Shown here: in pieces, positions 28,943 through 38,652 of the stretch
Layout of the letters: every line of letters begins with the position of its first letter
Position numbering within the stretch: the stretch's first letter is position 1
Origin: a virus
Lineage: Duplodnaviria > Caudoviricetes
Virus record (IMG/VR): IMGVR_UViG_3300043119_000046
Location: 1 to 53,870 of that record
Strand: one strand, 5' to 3'
DNA length: 53,870 nt
The notes under the pieces: model-generated
Seen by the model: only the letters and a program-made list of their open reading frames with translations
What the model was told of the DNA's origin: nothing
Database searches by the model: none
Program-made: the position numbers and the translations under genes

Positions 28943-29442
28943 GCTGTTTTCTCTTTACGAATATTACTACCTTCCAGCAGGTCTGTCAAGTAGGGTTTCT
29001 TGTAGTTTGGCCCCTTCAGAACCTTGCCATCCTCACGGAAGATAGGCTTACCATCGTCACCCAGCTTAGACATATTGCTGGCATGAACACGGCGGAAAGC
29101 TTCTCTAGTAGTCTCCTCCCCAAATGTATCTAGTGCGTGTTGAACTGCCTCGTCTACTTGGCTGGAGAGCTTTACCCAATCTTCTAGCTCTTCCTCTTGC
29201 AAGACACCTTGAGTAAGACCCCCACCTACCACAGCTATAAACCCTGCCTTAACGTAGAGAACATCACCAATCTCTTTGAGCATTTCCTCTCGGTCATTAT
29301 TTGTGACAGCTTCATTGTATTCCTCCACCTCCTCCTTGATGAGTTTAACCCAAAGGCGGGGGTCTAGCGAGGCTTTGAACACACGGACAAACTCCGTGAT
29401 CATCTTCAAGTCTTCATCCATATGTAATTCTTCTTCCATCAC
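28939..29442 (-). CDS. MazG-like / PRA-PH NTP pyrophosphohydrolase
   Basis: LIKEEVEE, KEIGDVLYV, VHASNMSKL, REDGKVLKGPNY. Confidence 0.88.
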   Translation of the reverse strand: MMEEELHMDEDLKMITEFVRVFKASLDPRLWVKLIKEEVEEYNEAVTNNDREEMLKEIGDVLYVKAGFIAVVGGGLTQGVLQEEELEDWVKLSSQVDEAVQHALDTFGEETTREAFRRVHASNMSKLGDDGKPIFREDGKVLKGPNYKKPYLTDLLEGSNIRKEKTA

Positions 29443-29594
29443 TCTTCCAACACTTCTAAAGTTTCTAGTTTAAGGTCGTCGAGGTCCAGCATGGCTGCTT
29501 CAACAAGGCTGTAGACGTTATCCATTTCGTCGTCTGTCCCCGCGAAGTCAGCGTGTTTATCAACCTCGACAACCAGTGTGATCTCATACTTCAT
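29439..29594 (-). CDS. small acidic hypothetical protein (51 aa)
   Basis: Hand translation MKYEITLVVEVD...; overlaps both neighbours by 4 nt. Confidence 0.6.
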   Translation of the reverse strand: MKYEITLVVEVDKHADFAGTDDEMDNVYSLVEAAMLDLDDLKLETLEVLEE

Positions 29595-30367
29595 TTCAGA
29601 TAGGCTTTCATAATCTGCTCAAGTGACACAAACTCTGGCTCATACATACCGTTAGCCAACTCTCGTTTAACCACAACACCGTGCCACCAACCCTTGTTAG
29701 CCTGACCAGCCCAGTCTTCCTCTGCTCCCTTAAAACAACCAACAACAAGACCAATGTTACCGTGTGGTAGTGCAGAGTCCTTGAAATGTAGATCACGCTT
29801 GTGGGAATGTCCACAAGTAGCAGAGCAGCTTAGGTTCTGGATCACCGTGTGGGCATGGTGGATACCCCCAGTTGCAGTTGGCGAGTTACCAGAGGTGAAG
29901 TAGTGTGCATAAGCCACACCATCATACATAGCAACTGCTGGTCCAGAGTTTTCATATTCATGATAGTCATCGAACCAGTAGTTAGTGTCAAGGTGGCTGA
30001 AAGAGATACCGAACTTTTCCCCTTCGCTGCGTGGGTTCTTGGCTAGGTAGGACTTGATACGATGTTCGTGGTTTCCCTCGAAGCCTACCCAGTAGGGACG
30101 TTTCTTGTGATTACGCTTAAAGGGTTCCCGAAGATACTCTTGTGCTTGATTGTAGGAAACAATATCCTTCTCGTAGTTCTGCGAAGAGATTGCCTTAGGG
30201 GACTTGTCATCGTAGGTGTTAAGGGAACGCATGTCTGCACCATCACCCAGATCAAACACCATGTCTGGCTTCAAGTCATACAGGAACTGACCCAGTGCTT
30301 TGAAGCGAATGTTGCTAGTGTCTGGATCAGAGTGGGCGCAGGAATAGACTACTACTGTCTTAGACAT
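29591..30367 (-). CDS. metallophosphoesterase
   Basis: AH, LGD, GNHE, H and GHSH motifs. Confidence 0.85.
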   Translation of the reverse strand: MSKTVVVYSCAHSDPDTSNIRFKALGQFLYDLKPDMVFDLGDGADMRSLNTYDDKSPKAISSQNYEKDIVSYNQAQEYLREPFKRNHKKRPYWVGFEGNHEHRIKSYLAKNPRSEGEKFGISFSHLDTNYWFDDYHEYENSGPAVAMYDGVAYAHYFTSGNSPTATGGIHHAHTVIQNLSCSATCGHSHKRDLHFKDSALPHGNIGLVVGCFKGAEEDWAGQANKGWWHGVVVKRELANGMYEPEFVSLEQIMKAYLK

Positions 30368-30650
30368 ATACTCTGTAATCCTTTAGGTTAAGTGGGAGTG
30401 GTTCAATGAACTTACGGAAGTGATCAACGATAGGCTTGGCATTTTCGTAATCCTCGAACCATGCTTCAATGTCAAACACTTCGCCATCTATTGCAATCTT
30501 TAAGTCCAGACGTACAGCAGTGTCAGGTACATCCAGTTCGTCTAGCTCTTCTTCACTAAGATCACTTGCAAAGATTGGACCCTTGATGACACTCCAGATT
30601 TCTGTCTTATGTTTGTCCTTGATGAACAAGTTTCGTAGCCAGTTAAACAT
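30360..30650 (-). CDS. hypothetical protein
   Basis: 96-aa ORF, operon packing. Confidence 0.65.
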   Translation of the reverse strand: MFNWLRNLFIKDKHKTEIWSVIKGPIFASDLSEEELDELDVPDTAVRLDLKIAIDGEVFDIEAWFEDYENAKPIVDHFRKFIEPLPLNLKDYRVYV

Positions 30651-30762
30651 CTTGTTTCCACTTCTTTAGGATTTCCACATCATTTGGACTATGCCAACCA
30701 ATCACACTGCAAATCTTTAGTTCCTTAGGCTTCTTAAAGAGAGACTTCAGCCATTGTATCAT
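30643..30762 (-). pseudogene. 39-aa ORF resembling the N-terminus of the downstream gene (remnant or duplicate)
   Basis: MIQWLKSLFKKPKELKICSVIG vs MFNWLRNLFIKDKHKTEIWSVIKG; TGATG-coupled to the HNH stop. Confidence 0.45.
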
Positions 30763-31385
30763 CACATAAACCCTTGTCTAAGTCTTACCAAAAGCTTTTC
30801 CCCCTCATCTTCCCAAGTTCTGATTAGGTTAAGTAAAGACACAAACTCTACCTCTGTCATTTGGCCTTTACTGGCGTTTATTTTAGGAGAGGCTATGCAC
30901 AAATTTAAGAGTTCATTTAGACCACCCCTAAAAGGTGGTATCTTATGGTCGATGTGCATTTCCCACAGAGTCAACTCTTTTCCTGTATAGTAGCAGACCA
31001 ACGGTTGTGCCTCAAGCCAACTCTGTATTGCCGTTGTTGCAGGGGTTGTTGCCCGAAGTTCAGGGAACTTTCTTGCCCGGTTCAAAAGGCTCGACCTAAT
31101 AGCCCTTGCTTTCACAAGGTAAGGTTGTTCCTTTTTCAACTGGCTCTTGTGTAACTTGGCAGAGAACTTCTCCCTCTTATAATCACGGGGCTTTCTTCCA
31201 GACTTTTTGCAATCTCTACACAGAGAAGTTCTGCCTGTGTAAGACTTTGTTGCAATGTTAAAAGATTCCCAAGACTTAAACTCACCACACCCAGTGCATT
31301 CTCTGCCTTCATCTGTTATACTTGTCTTAAACTTCTTTAGGGTTTTTGGCTTCAAGGTTAACAGGGGTTTAGCTGCTCGTGTCAC
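30762..31385 (-). mobile_element. free-standing HNH homing endonuclease
   Basis: CxxC...CxxC zinc finger, then CYYTG...HIDHKIP..RGG.N...NL......N..KG. Confidence 0.85.
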
Positions 31386-32236
31386 TCAATCCACTCCGTT
31401 ACGCGAGGTTCATTGACGACATCAACAAGGAACACTGGCCCTGTGCTGTATAGAAAAGTTCTTGCCTCAGGCCAACAAACCTTACGAAAGTCGCAGTATC
31501 CACAAGTCGTAGATAGCTGAGTGTTCTCAGACGTTTTAGACTGGGGTACTGGGGATATCCTGTCCTCAGGAATAGGACCAACAACAAGACTTTGGACACG
31601 CTTGATCTCCTGTTCTTTCCCCTCAAGCTCTTCTGTAAAGTCGTAACGATCCAGACACAGCTTGAAACGATCCTTCTGAACTACAAGGAACGCACCCTCA
31701 GTCTTGTTAACAACCAGTGGGTCATCTTTCCCTGCGTAAACATAAGAGCTAAGCTGGCTGATATATCCGAAGGGGTCATCCTCACGAAGGTTATGGTTCC
31801 TGAACTTCTCGTAACCATACTTAGAGGCAGACTTAACATCAACTGTGACACCATCAATAACAGCATCACGTTGTCCGCTTACACCAAAGACATTCACCCT
31901 GTCCTGCATACCAGTTACTCTATGCCCTGCGGCTATAGCTAGTGATAGGATCAAGGCTTCGAGCAGATCACCATAGAAGAAAGTCCCTAGGGTTTCTGCC
32001 CGCAGTGGTTCAGAGTCTTGGCTTTGGTTGATCTTGTACCAGAGCTTTCGGTCGCAGGGTGAGCCAATGCCAGAGAGGCTTAGGTAGTCCCGTGGTACTT
32101 GCTTCTGGGAGAACCTAGCCTCTGCAACACTGGCAATAGCGGAGGACAGGAACGCTGTACATGCAGTATCCCATCCTCCTTTACCCTCGACAACCCTGTA
32201 AATATCGTCTACGAGTGTCTCCAGTGTTTTACTCAA
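31382..32236 (-). CDS. PD-(D/E)XK / Cas4-like exonuclease
   Basis: SGIG.PC.RKLWY, D.VIDG..VDVKS, YISQL..Y, CGYC.FR..CW. Confidence 0.8.
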   Translation of the reverse strand: MSKTLETLVDDIYRVVEGKGGWDTACTAFLSSAIASVAEARFSQKQVPRDYLSLSGIGSPCDRKLWYKINQSQDSEPLRAETLGTFFYGDLLEALILSLAIAAGHRVTGMQDRVNVFGVSGQRDAVIDGVTVDVKSASKYGYEKFRNHNLREDDPFGYISQLSSYVYAGKDDPLVVNKTEGAFLVVQKDRFKLCLDRYDFTEELEGKEQEIKRVQSLVVGPIPEDRISPVPQSKTSENTQLSTTCGYCDFRKVCWPEARTFLYSTGPVFLVDVVNEPRVTEWIE

Positions 32237-32772
32237 AATGGTATATCATCCTCGTCAATGGTCATAGGCTTAGGTGCTGGCTTGGCTGCTGCTTTAGGTG
32301 CAGCCTTGGGTGGTGGTGCATCCTCCTCGTCATCTTCGTCGGGGTTATACTCTACGTGGTTGGTAACCTTAACCTTTTCAAGGCGAGTACCCACGATACC
32401 CTTACGCTTCGTGTCGTAGACGTTGAGGATAATCTCTACGGTAGAACCGTTACCAATAGAACCATCCTCGTCGTAGTCCCAGACAGAACCATCTGCCTTG
32501 ACCACCTTAGGCGCACCGCCACCATACTCCTCGGTCCACTTACGGCGGAAGCGTACCCGTGTCAGGCTAGAGTCCTCTGGGCTTTCCTTGCCCTTGAGCA
32601 GTGACTTGCTCTGGTTCAGCTTGGCGATGCTTGCTGCATCCAAGTCAACGTCGATGGTACACTGACCACCAGACTCCTTGAGTGCATCCTCAAACCCTGT
32701 CAGGTCACGATTGTCCTCAAAGACTTTAGCCCAGTAGCCAATGCCAGTCAGCTTTACTTTACGTGTTCCCAT
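32233..32772 (-). CDS. single-stranded DNA-binding protein
   Basis: IGNGS motif, acidic tail ending DDIPF, lies between polymerase and exonuclease. Confidence 0.75.
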   Translation of the reverse strand: MGTRKVKLTGIGYWAKVFEDNRDLTGFEDALKESGGQCTIDVDLDAASIAKLNQSKSLLKGKESPEDSSLTRVRFRRKWTEEYGGGAPKVVKADGSVWDYDEDGSIGNGSTVEIILNVYDTKRKGIVGTRLEKVKVTNHVEYNPDEDDEEDAPPPKAAPKAAAKPAPKPMTIDEDDIPF

Positions 32773-32808
32773 GTGTAGCTCCTTTGTGATGTGTAATAGT
32801 AACAGATA

Positions 32809-32961
32809 TTAGTTTGATTGTGCAAGAGGTTTCTCGCCTGCCACACGATATTTTCTCTGCTTCGAGTTGTCCCGAACCAACTCCTTACCCCCTGCTGCCA
32901 GACGCACAGGGATGCTGTTTGGCTTGGTCAACTTCTTCAAGCCCACGATTTTCTTTTCCAT
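32809..32961 (-). CDS. small basic hypothetical protein (50 aa)
   Basis: GAGG RBS then MEKKIVGLKK... Confidence 0.5.
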   Translation of the reverse strand: MEKKIVGLKKLTKPNSIPVRLAAGGKELVRDNSKQRKYRVAGEKPLAQSN

Positions 32962-32971
32962 GATCTTTCCC

Positions 32972-33505
32972 TCAATGAATGTCAGCGTATCGTACACCAA
33001 ACTGCACATCAATGTCCAGCTTAATATTTAGCTTGAGCTTCTCGTTCACCTTCTCAATGGCCCAACGGAGAACTGACTCATGTTCTTTCTCCTCACCCAC
33101 TGGAATGCGATTGATAGACTCGTCGTGAAACTGACCCACGATGTTTGGTCGTTTGGTCAGGTAGTGTGCCACCCACTGGTCGAAGCAGTATGCCCCAGTG
33201 GACTGGTTTAGCGTACTCCAAACATCCTTTTCAAACCGTAAGGAATACCAGAAACCGTTGACAGGATTTTTAACCCACATGTGTCCAGCTAGAGTTTTAC
33301 GTTCTGACTTCTTGGCCACTTCCTGCACTGCCCAGTTAATTTTCCAGAACGCCTCTAATAAACTAGCTGCCTCACCCTGACTCATGCCTGTAGTCCTAGC
33401 TAACTTTGCTTTTCCTACACCATACATTGCGCTATAGGTCACAACTTTTGCTTTCTTACGGATAGCATGTATCCTCTTATACCTCTGCTCTGGTGTCTCT
33501 GTCAT
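32972..33505 (-). CDS. polA: DNA polymerase family A, C-terminal fragment (motifs B and C)
   Basis: RKKAKVVTYSAMYG, NQSTGA, QFHDE; own AAGGAG RBS. Confidence 0.9.
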   Translation of the reverse strand: MTETPEQRYKRIHAIRKKAKVVTYSAMYGVGKAKLARTTGMSQGEAASLLEAFWKINWAVQEVAKKSERKTLAGHMWVKNPVNGFWYSLRFEKDVWSTLNQSTGAYCFDQWVAHYLTKRPNIVGQFHDESINRIPVGEEKEHESVLRWAIEKVNEKLKLNIKLDIDVQFGVRYADIH

Positions 33506-34004
33506 ATTTTCTCCTTGTGTTCTCTGCTGGAGTTATCCATTGGCAGTTATCTGGGTGGTAGTTACCTTCTGGGTTTACCCTGTCAATAGATAACCCTTCT
33601 TTGTAACCATTTGTTGTGGCCCATACATAGAAGTTATGAAAATCCTCCCATTCAGAACATACAGACACTCCTTTGCCCCCGTAGTATTTCCACCTTTGGG
33701 AATTGGGGTTTGTACACCTCTGTTTCATTGACTGATACACAGCGTATAGTTTATGCTTATGTAGCCCATGTCTTGTAGGGTCACACCTGTTTTGTAATAG
33801 GGTCTCTTTCCTTAAACACCCACAAGATTTTACCGAATCTTCTCCAGTGATTCTGTAGGTAGCTAGTTGAATTGTCCCCCCACATTCACAAAGACATTCC
33901 CAGTAGTGCTTATTGTATTTACCTACCCCTAGGTAAGACTTAACAGTAAGACGACCTACCTGAAAACCTATAGGGTCACTAACTTTCTTTCTTGTAATTG
34001 ACAT
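33477..34004 (-). mobile_element. HNH-type homing endonuclease inserted within the DNA polymerase gene
   Basis: GRLTV, WECLCECG, SCGC, MKQRC, YGGKG, SIDRVN..GNY.PDNC.W....N. Confidence 0.88.
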
Positions 34005-35331
34005 AGAAATTATAGTCCTCCTCTGAAATCATTCCTGCTACCACTGCCAGCTTAAGGTGTGGGTCATAGTCACTTCTCGATTGTTCTGCCACATAGTCAG
34101 GATCATAGGGGTAGATGAAGTGACGCTTAGTGGTATCCTCAAGAGACACCATGTCAGCACCACACAGGACTGTACCCTCGTCAGCAATAAGCGCACCACG
34201 GATTTCCTTACCCCAAGGTTTATCAACTCCGGGAAGATTAACCAGTGGCTTCTTATGCTTGAAGCGTAGTGTGTTGGTTAGGCCAGCAACTTCTGCACTG
34301 ACATACCCATCAACCTCTGACTCAAGCATACCCTCGAAGATAGACTTGCGGTGCTGCAAGACGGTAAGCCCATCAAGAACACCAACCTCTGGGTGATCCT
34401 CAATGAGTAGCTTAACAGAAGGTGCAAGCTCACCATCCTTGCGGACCTGTGGGACTAGCCTCTCGCTACCATCATCGTTGGTCTTGTAGTCAAAGGTGCA
34501 TGGCTCCCACCCGAAGGAGAACAGCCAGTCCTTGACCTGATCAGGTGAGTTAGGGTTAGCCTTCTCCTTGCTCTTGACTATAGTAACATCATCTTCGTGG
34601 AACAACGGTAGGTCATTATCTTCAAGTATCTTGAACCAGTCCAGTGCAGCCTTGCTATGTGACCCGTCCTTAATGGTCATCTTCTCAGGCTTGGACTTGG
34701 TGGTATACTTGACCACATCAGGCATGACACTACGTAGTTCCTCGACCTTCTCAACCTGCAACTTCTCTAGGGTAGCCAGAGATTCAGTTACAAGTTTCTT
34801 GTCGATGCGCCAGCCAGCAGCACTAGCCTTGTGTGCCACACGCATCTTGAATGTGAGGTACTGGAAGAACTTCTCCATGTTGTCTGTGTCCTTGCCATAC
34901 AGCATCTTGTAACGCTTGCTCAGGTTCTGCCACAGCATCCAGTTGATCTTAACATCTTCCTCACAACGATGCTTATACTCCTCATAGGTTAGGCCAACCC
35001 AGTCCGTAACCACAGGCTTAGGGATACCAAAGTCTACACCGAAGGACTCAAGCCCGTGTATCCCTCGGTCGGTGTTGATTACCCAAGACATGGGCAGTGT
35101 GTCATAGAGCTTAGCCTTGATGGTGATACCAAGGAGCTTCTCTAGAACAGGGATATCGAAGCGACAGATATCGTGGCCAATAAGACTGTCAGCCCCACTG
35201 AGTATGTCACGCATATCACCGTAGTTATTGGTGGAGTTGATCGACTTGCCATCCGTTGTCCACGAGAGAACATGGACTTTCGTTGCTTGCCGTAGCAGCC
35301 CGTCAGTCTCCGTGTCGAATAAGATCATCAT
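33979..35331 (-). CDS. polA: DNA polymerase family A, N-terminal fragment (3'-5' exonuclease, thumb, motif A)
   Basis: FDTETDGL, GHDICRFD, RCEEDV, NPNS, NLPG, GADMVSLE, DPH. Confidence 0.9.
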   Translation of the reverse strand: MMILFDTETDGLLRQATKVHVLSWTTDGKSINSTNNYGDMRDILSGADSLIGHDICRFDIPVLEKLLGITIKAKLYDTLPMSWVINTDRGIHGLESFGVDFGIPKPVVTDWVGLTYEEYKHRCEEDVKINWMLWQNLSKRYKMLYGKDTDNMEKFFQYLTFKMRVAHKASAAGWRIDKKLVTESLATLEKLQVEKVEELRSVMPDVVKYTTKSKPEKMTIKDGSHSKAALDWFKILEDNDLPLFHEDDVTIVKSKEKANPNSPDQVKDWLFSFGWEPCTFDYKTNDDGSERLVPQVRKDGELAPSVKLLIEDHPEVGVLDGLTVLQHRKSIFEGMLESEVDGYVSAEVAGLTNTLRFKHKKPLVNLPGVDKPWGKEIRGALIADEGTVLCGADMVSLEDTTKRHFIYPYDPDYVAEQSRSDYDPHLKLAVVAGMISEEDYNFYVNYKKES

Positions 35332-35398
35332 ACTTCCTTACAATATCTGGTAGTGTTTCGCGTAGTTCACTAGATATAGGTTGGTTACGTGGGCCATC

Positions 35399-35878
35399 TT
35401 AGAAACCTTCTTTGTTACCTTTTCGGATGTTAGCTTTTGCTTCAAGTATCTGTAAGTTCCAAGGGACATTGAGTCCACATACATTCTTACCTTGAAGGGG
35501 TATGATATGATCTACGTGATACTTCTCTGGGATAAGTTTCTCTAACTCTCTACAATACTCATGTAGTTTTGTCATGCTTTCAAGCTGCTCTTCTGTAAGC
35601 CAGCTTGGGGTAGCCTTCATCCTACTGTAACGATACTTAGCTTTGTATGAAGAAGACTTCTCTGGGTTTTCTTTATGCCACTTATTGACATTATCCCTAG
35701 ACTGTTCTTTGTTTCTTTCTCTCCACTCTTTTGCCCTTAGTTTGTTAGTCTCTCGCTTACCTTCGTCAGCAATCCTACGTTTATGTTCTGCCTGTTTTTT
35801 ACAGGTGACATTACAGAAGACAGCGTGACTTCTCTTACCCTCTGCTAAAGGTTCTCCACAGTTTTTACATAGCCTCAT
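35399..35878 (-). mobile_element. free-standing HNH homing endonuclease
   Basis: ATPSW, YHVDHIIPLQGKNVCGLNVPWNLQIL....N..KGN. Confidence 0.88.
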
Positions 35879-35907
35879 GGTAGTCTCCTGAAAAAGCCGA
35901 TTCGCAA

Positions 35908-35936
35908 GTTATACTGGGAGAACCCTATCTTGTCAA
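35908..35936 (-). promoter_or_regulatory. sigma70-type promoter upstream of the HNH and polymerase genes
   Basis: TTGACA-17-TATAAC on the - strand. Confidence 0.75.
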
Positions 35937-35937
35937 G

Positions 35938-37509
35938 CTAAAAAGTTTCTCGTAGTATGGTACTTTCTGGATCATAATAAAGGGAACCTGCGTCACCCAA
36001 CTTAGCAAAGGGCCTATTCTTTGAAACTTTAAAGTTAGTGGTATTCTGTTCCACCTCATCCTCACTTTCAACATCCCTTGCAATCTCCAAGCAGATGATA
36101 GCTTCTTCTTCCAATGCACCAGCATACTTAGTACGACCATCATCGTTGACCTGACTGATGAAGATCACACCAATGTTCAACTCCTTAGCAAGCTGTGCCA
36201 TCTGTGCGCCCAGTGAGGTAAGCGTCGAGGTTGCACCATCTACACCAGCATTAGATAGGTAGGCTAGACGCTGCACATGGTCAATGAACAGATACCCTGC
36301 ACCATACACAGACGCAGCCATACGCACATACTCAAGCAGCTTCATGGGGTCATCATGTACCCGCATCTCGAAGATGATTGTACGCTCTGCTTTGGTGGCT
36401 TTCTGTGCAGCCTTGATGACATCCTCTTCGGTGACCCCGTTATCACGAGCATCATCCTTTGTACGTACATTAACACCCAACTCGTAGGTAGCCATAGCAC
36501 GATAGGTTGTGGACTTCATCTCTTCCATGTGTAGTAGGGCAATGCGTTCATCAGGATCAGCCAACATAGCCATCTCAAAGAAGCGCACAACCTCTGTCTT
36601 ACCCATGCCACGGGGTGCTTTGATGAAGGTTAGGCCACCCTTGACCAAGCCACGACACTTCTCGTCGATGCCAGTATGACCAGTTGGGACATAGCTGTAT
36701 GGGTTCTCCTTGCGGATAGCCTCGTCAACTGCATCATCAGAGCAGAAGAAGTTGTCTGGCGTATAGCGTTGTGGTTTAACTGCTGCCCACTTGAGGGTGT
36801 CACCAGCACCAGCCATTAGGAACTCATTGGCGTCCTTATACTGGGACATAGGGACATACCAGAAGTTCTTAGGGAAGGCTGCATATAGAACCTCTGCTGC
36901 CCTACGCCCTGCTTCATCAAGCTCACCAGCATAGATGATATCCTGAAACGTGGACAGATACTTGTAGTTCTTCTTGATGAACTTGTCACCAATACTGGCA
37001 CTGGGTAGTGACTTGACTGGATAGGTCTTGCCTAAGATTTGATACAAGGATGCAGCATCAAACTCGCCCTCGGTGATGAAGATTTTCTTTGAGGTTCCAG
37101 CATTGAAGTCAGGACCAAACAGATCATCAAAGGGTTTACCCTTCTCCTTCGTCCAGAATACCTTCTCGTCATAGCCACGATACTTGACGTTATCTGTATG
37201 CTTGAACGCATAGCGCACAGGCTTACCGTCAGCACTAAGCTGTAGCTGGATGCCATACAGCTTGCATACGTCTGGGTCAATGCCCCTGATCTCATCGTAG
37301 GTAGACCCTGAGATTGGGACAGACTTAATATCAACTTGCTCTTTCACGGGATACCTCTCTCTTGCCCAATTCTTTAACCCTCTCATACCCTTAGGTGGGT
37401 AGCTACTGTTACACGAGTAGCACTTACCAAACCCGTTGTCGTTCCAAGCAAATGCGTCAGAACTTTTACATGCCTCGAAGGGACATGCCTGATGGGGATG
37501 CTCACCCAA
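35938..37509 (-). CDS. T7 gp4-like DNA primase-helicase
   Basis: Zinc finger CPF..C..SD...C.SC, TOPRIM ITEGEFDA and KDANE, Walker A APRGMGKT, FIDH, KNR. Confidence 0.92.
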   Translation of the reverse strand: MGEHPHQACPFEACKSSDAFAWNDNGFGKCYSCNSSYPPKGMRGLKNWARERYPVKEQVDIKSVPISGSTYDEIRGIDPDVCKLYGIQLQLSADGKPVRYAFKHTDNVKYRGYDEKVFWTKEKGKPFDDLFGPDFNAGTSKKIFITEGEFDAASLYQILGKTYPVKSLPSASIGDKFIKKNYKYLSTFQDIIYAGELDEAGRRAAEVLYAAFPKNFWYVPMSQYKDANEFLMAGAGDTLKWAAVKPQRYTPDNFFCSDDAVDEAIRKENPYSYVPTGHTGIDEKCRGLVKGGLTFIKAPRGMGKTEVVRFFEMAMLADPDERIALLHMEEMKSTTYRAMATYELGVNVRTKDDARDNGVTEEDVIKAAQKATKAERTIIFEMRVHDDPMKLLEYVRMAASVYGAGYLFIDHVQRLAYLSNAGVDGATSTLTSLGAQMAQLAKELNIGVIFISQVNDDGRTKYAGALEEEAIICLEIARDVESEDEVEQNTTNFKVSKNRPFAKLGDAGSLYYDPESTILRETF

Positions 37510-37521
37510 TTCTACTCTCCT

Positions 37522-37728
37522 TTAATATCCGCTTGGAAGCCCATAGAAATCTACAAGATTCCTGTGTGATCTCTTCATGGCCTTAAGGTCTTTCTCTGTC
37601 CAAAACTCTGGTAACTTCCCAAAAGTTTCTTTACGCTCCTCTACTTCCTCTATTAGTTCTACGAAGAGTTCAATAGCAATCTGTGCCTTCTGTTCAGCAT
37701 CAAGTCCACGCCAGTTTACTTCAGTCAT
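37522..37728 (-). CDS. hypothetical protein
   Basis: 68 aa, AGGAG RBS. Confidence 0.6.
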   Translation of the reverse strand: MTEVNWRGLDAEQKAQIAIELFVELIEEVEERKETFGKLPEFWTEKDLKAMKRSHRNLVDFYGLPSGY

Positions 37729-38428
37729 AGCTTTCTCCTGTTAATGCTACCCAACTTACGGGAAATAGGGGTTTGATGATATCACCTACCATACGAGCAA
37801 GGTCTTGAATCTCTTTCTGTGCATGAGGATCGGTTCGCTTATTGAAGAAGTTGGCATAGGCATAGAGAGAGCCTGTCCAAATCCACTGGACCTCACAGCC
37901 TTGGGGGAGAACAAAGCGGGCCTGTTCAGGACACATACCGTCAGCAATCATAGTCTCGTATAACTTGATGGCTTCGAGACACACCCGCTCGTATTGACCA
38001 AGCCAGTGATCACTCTTAGGGTGGACATCCCCACTACCCTGCTTGATTGAACCCTCAGGCTTAGCTCGGAAAGTGTCAGGTAAGAACAAGACTGGCGTTG
38101 TGTTGATGTATCGACGGCTCTCTTCGTTCTCAACAAACCCCTGCTTGTGCTTAAAGCACTGTGTTCTGATTGGTATAGGGGCTTGTATCCGTAGCTTGAT
38201 GTATGAGTGTGCGTAGGGTGTCCAGTGATCATGCTTGGCGAGGTAACGGATCAACTTTGCATCTGATTCTGACAAGTGTGGACCTAAGGAAAGATCATAG
38301 GTCAATCCGTAATCATCCGTGACTGTCTCACGGGGATACTCCCAGTCACTCTCTTTGGAGAAGCTAACTCTTGCATCATTTACAACAGCAAGGTCATCAC
38401 CCATATGGTTGATATACGCTACAATCAT
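37721..38428 (-). CDS. thyX: flavin-dependent thymidylate synthase
   Basis: ARVSF, HDHWTP, KHKQG..ENEESRRY, PEQARFVLPQ, HAQKEI; ATGA start at 38428. Confidence 0.92.
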   Translation of the reverse strand: MIVAYINHMGDDLAVVNDARVSFSKESDWEYPRETVTDDYGLTYDLSLGPHLSESDAKLIRYLAKHDHWTPYAHSYIKLRIQAPIPIRTQCFKHKQGFVENEESRRYINTTPVLFLPDTFRAKPEGSIKQGSGDVHPKSDHWLGQYERVCLEAIKLYETMIADGMCPEQARFVLPQGCEVQWIWTGSLYAYANFFNKRTDPHAQKEIQDLARMVGDIIKPLFPVSWVALTGESYD

Positions 38429-38652
38429 TTCCAGAAATCCTTTGGACAAGTCATAAGTGTTACAAGAAATAGTAGGGGTCCACCTATTAAACCACATAGG
38501 AAGAATGGGATATGACCCACATCATAGATAGGGTCGGACTCTTTGAACATACTGGGGTATTCTCTAATCAGTGACCGTCTGATTGCAAAGATAGCATGAA
38601 AAGCGCCAGCTATCCCAAGAAGTTCCCACACGAGAATAATAAACCAGATCAT
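38425..38652 (-). CDS. small membrane protein
   Basis: Two hydrophobic segments; ATGA overlaps. Confidence 0.6.
   Translation of the reverse strand: MIWFIILVWELLGIAGAFHAIFAIRRSLIREYPSMFKESDPIYDVGHIPFFLCGLIGGPLLFLVTLMTCPKDFWK

Noticed and set aside
33477-34004. Group I intron or intein in polA
   Set aside because: No non-coding flanks, no intein terminal residues, and the downstream half has its own SD and ATG. Not formally excluded without RT-PCR
33979-35331. HMO-2011-type polymerase with a DnaJ zinc-finger insertion
   Set aside because: No CxxCxGxG repeats in either half
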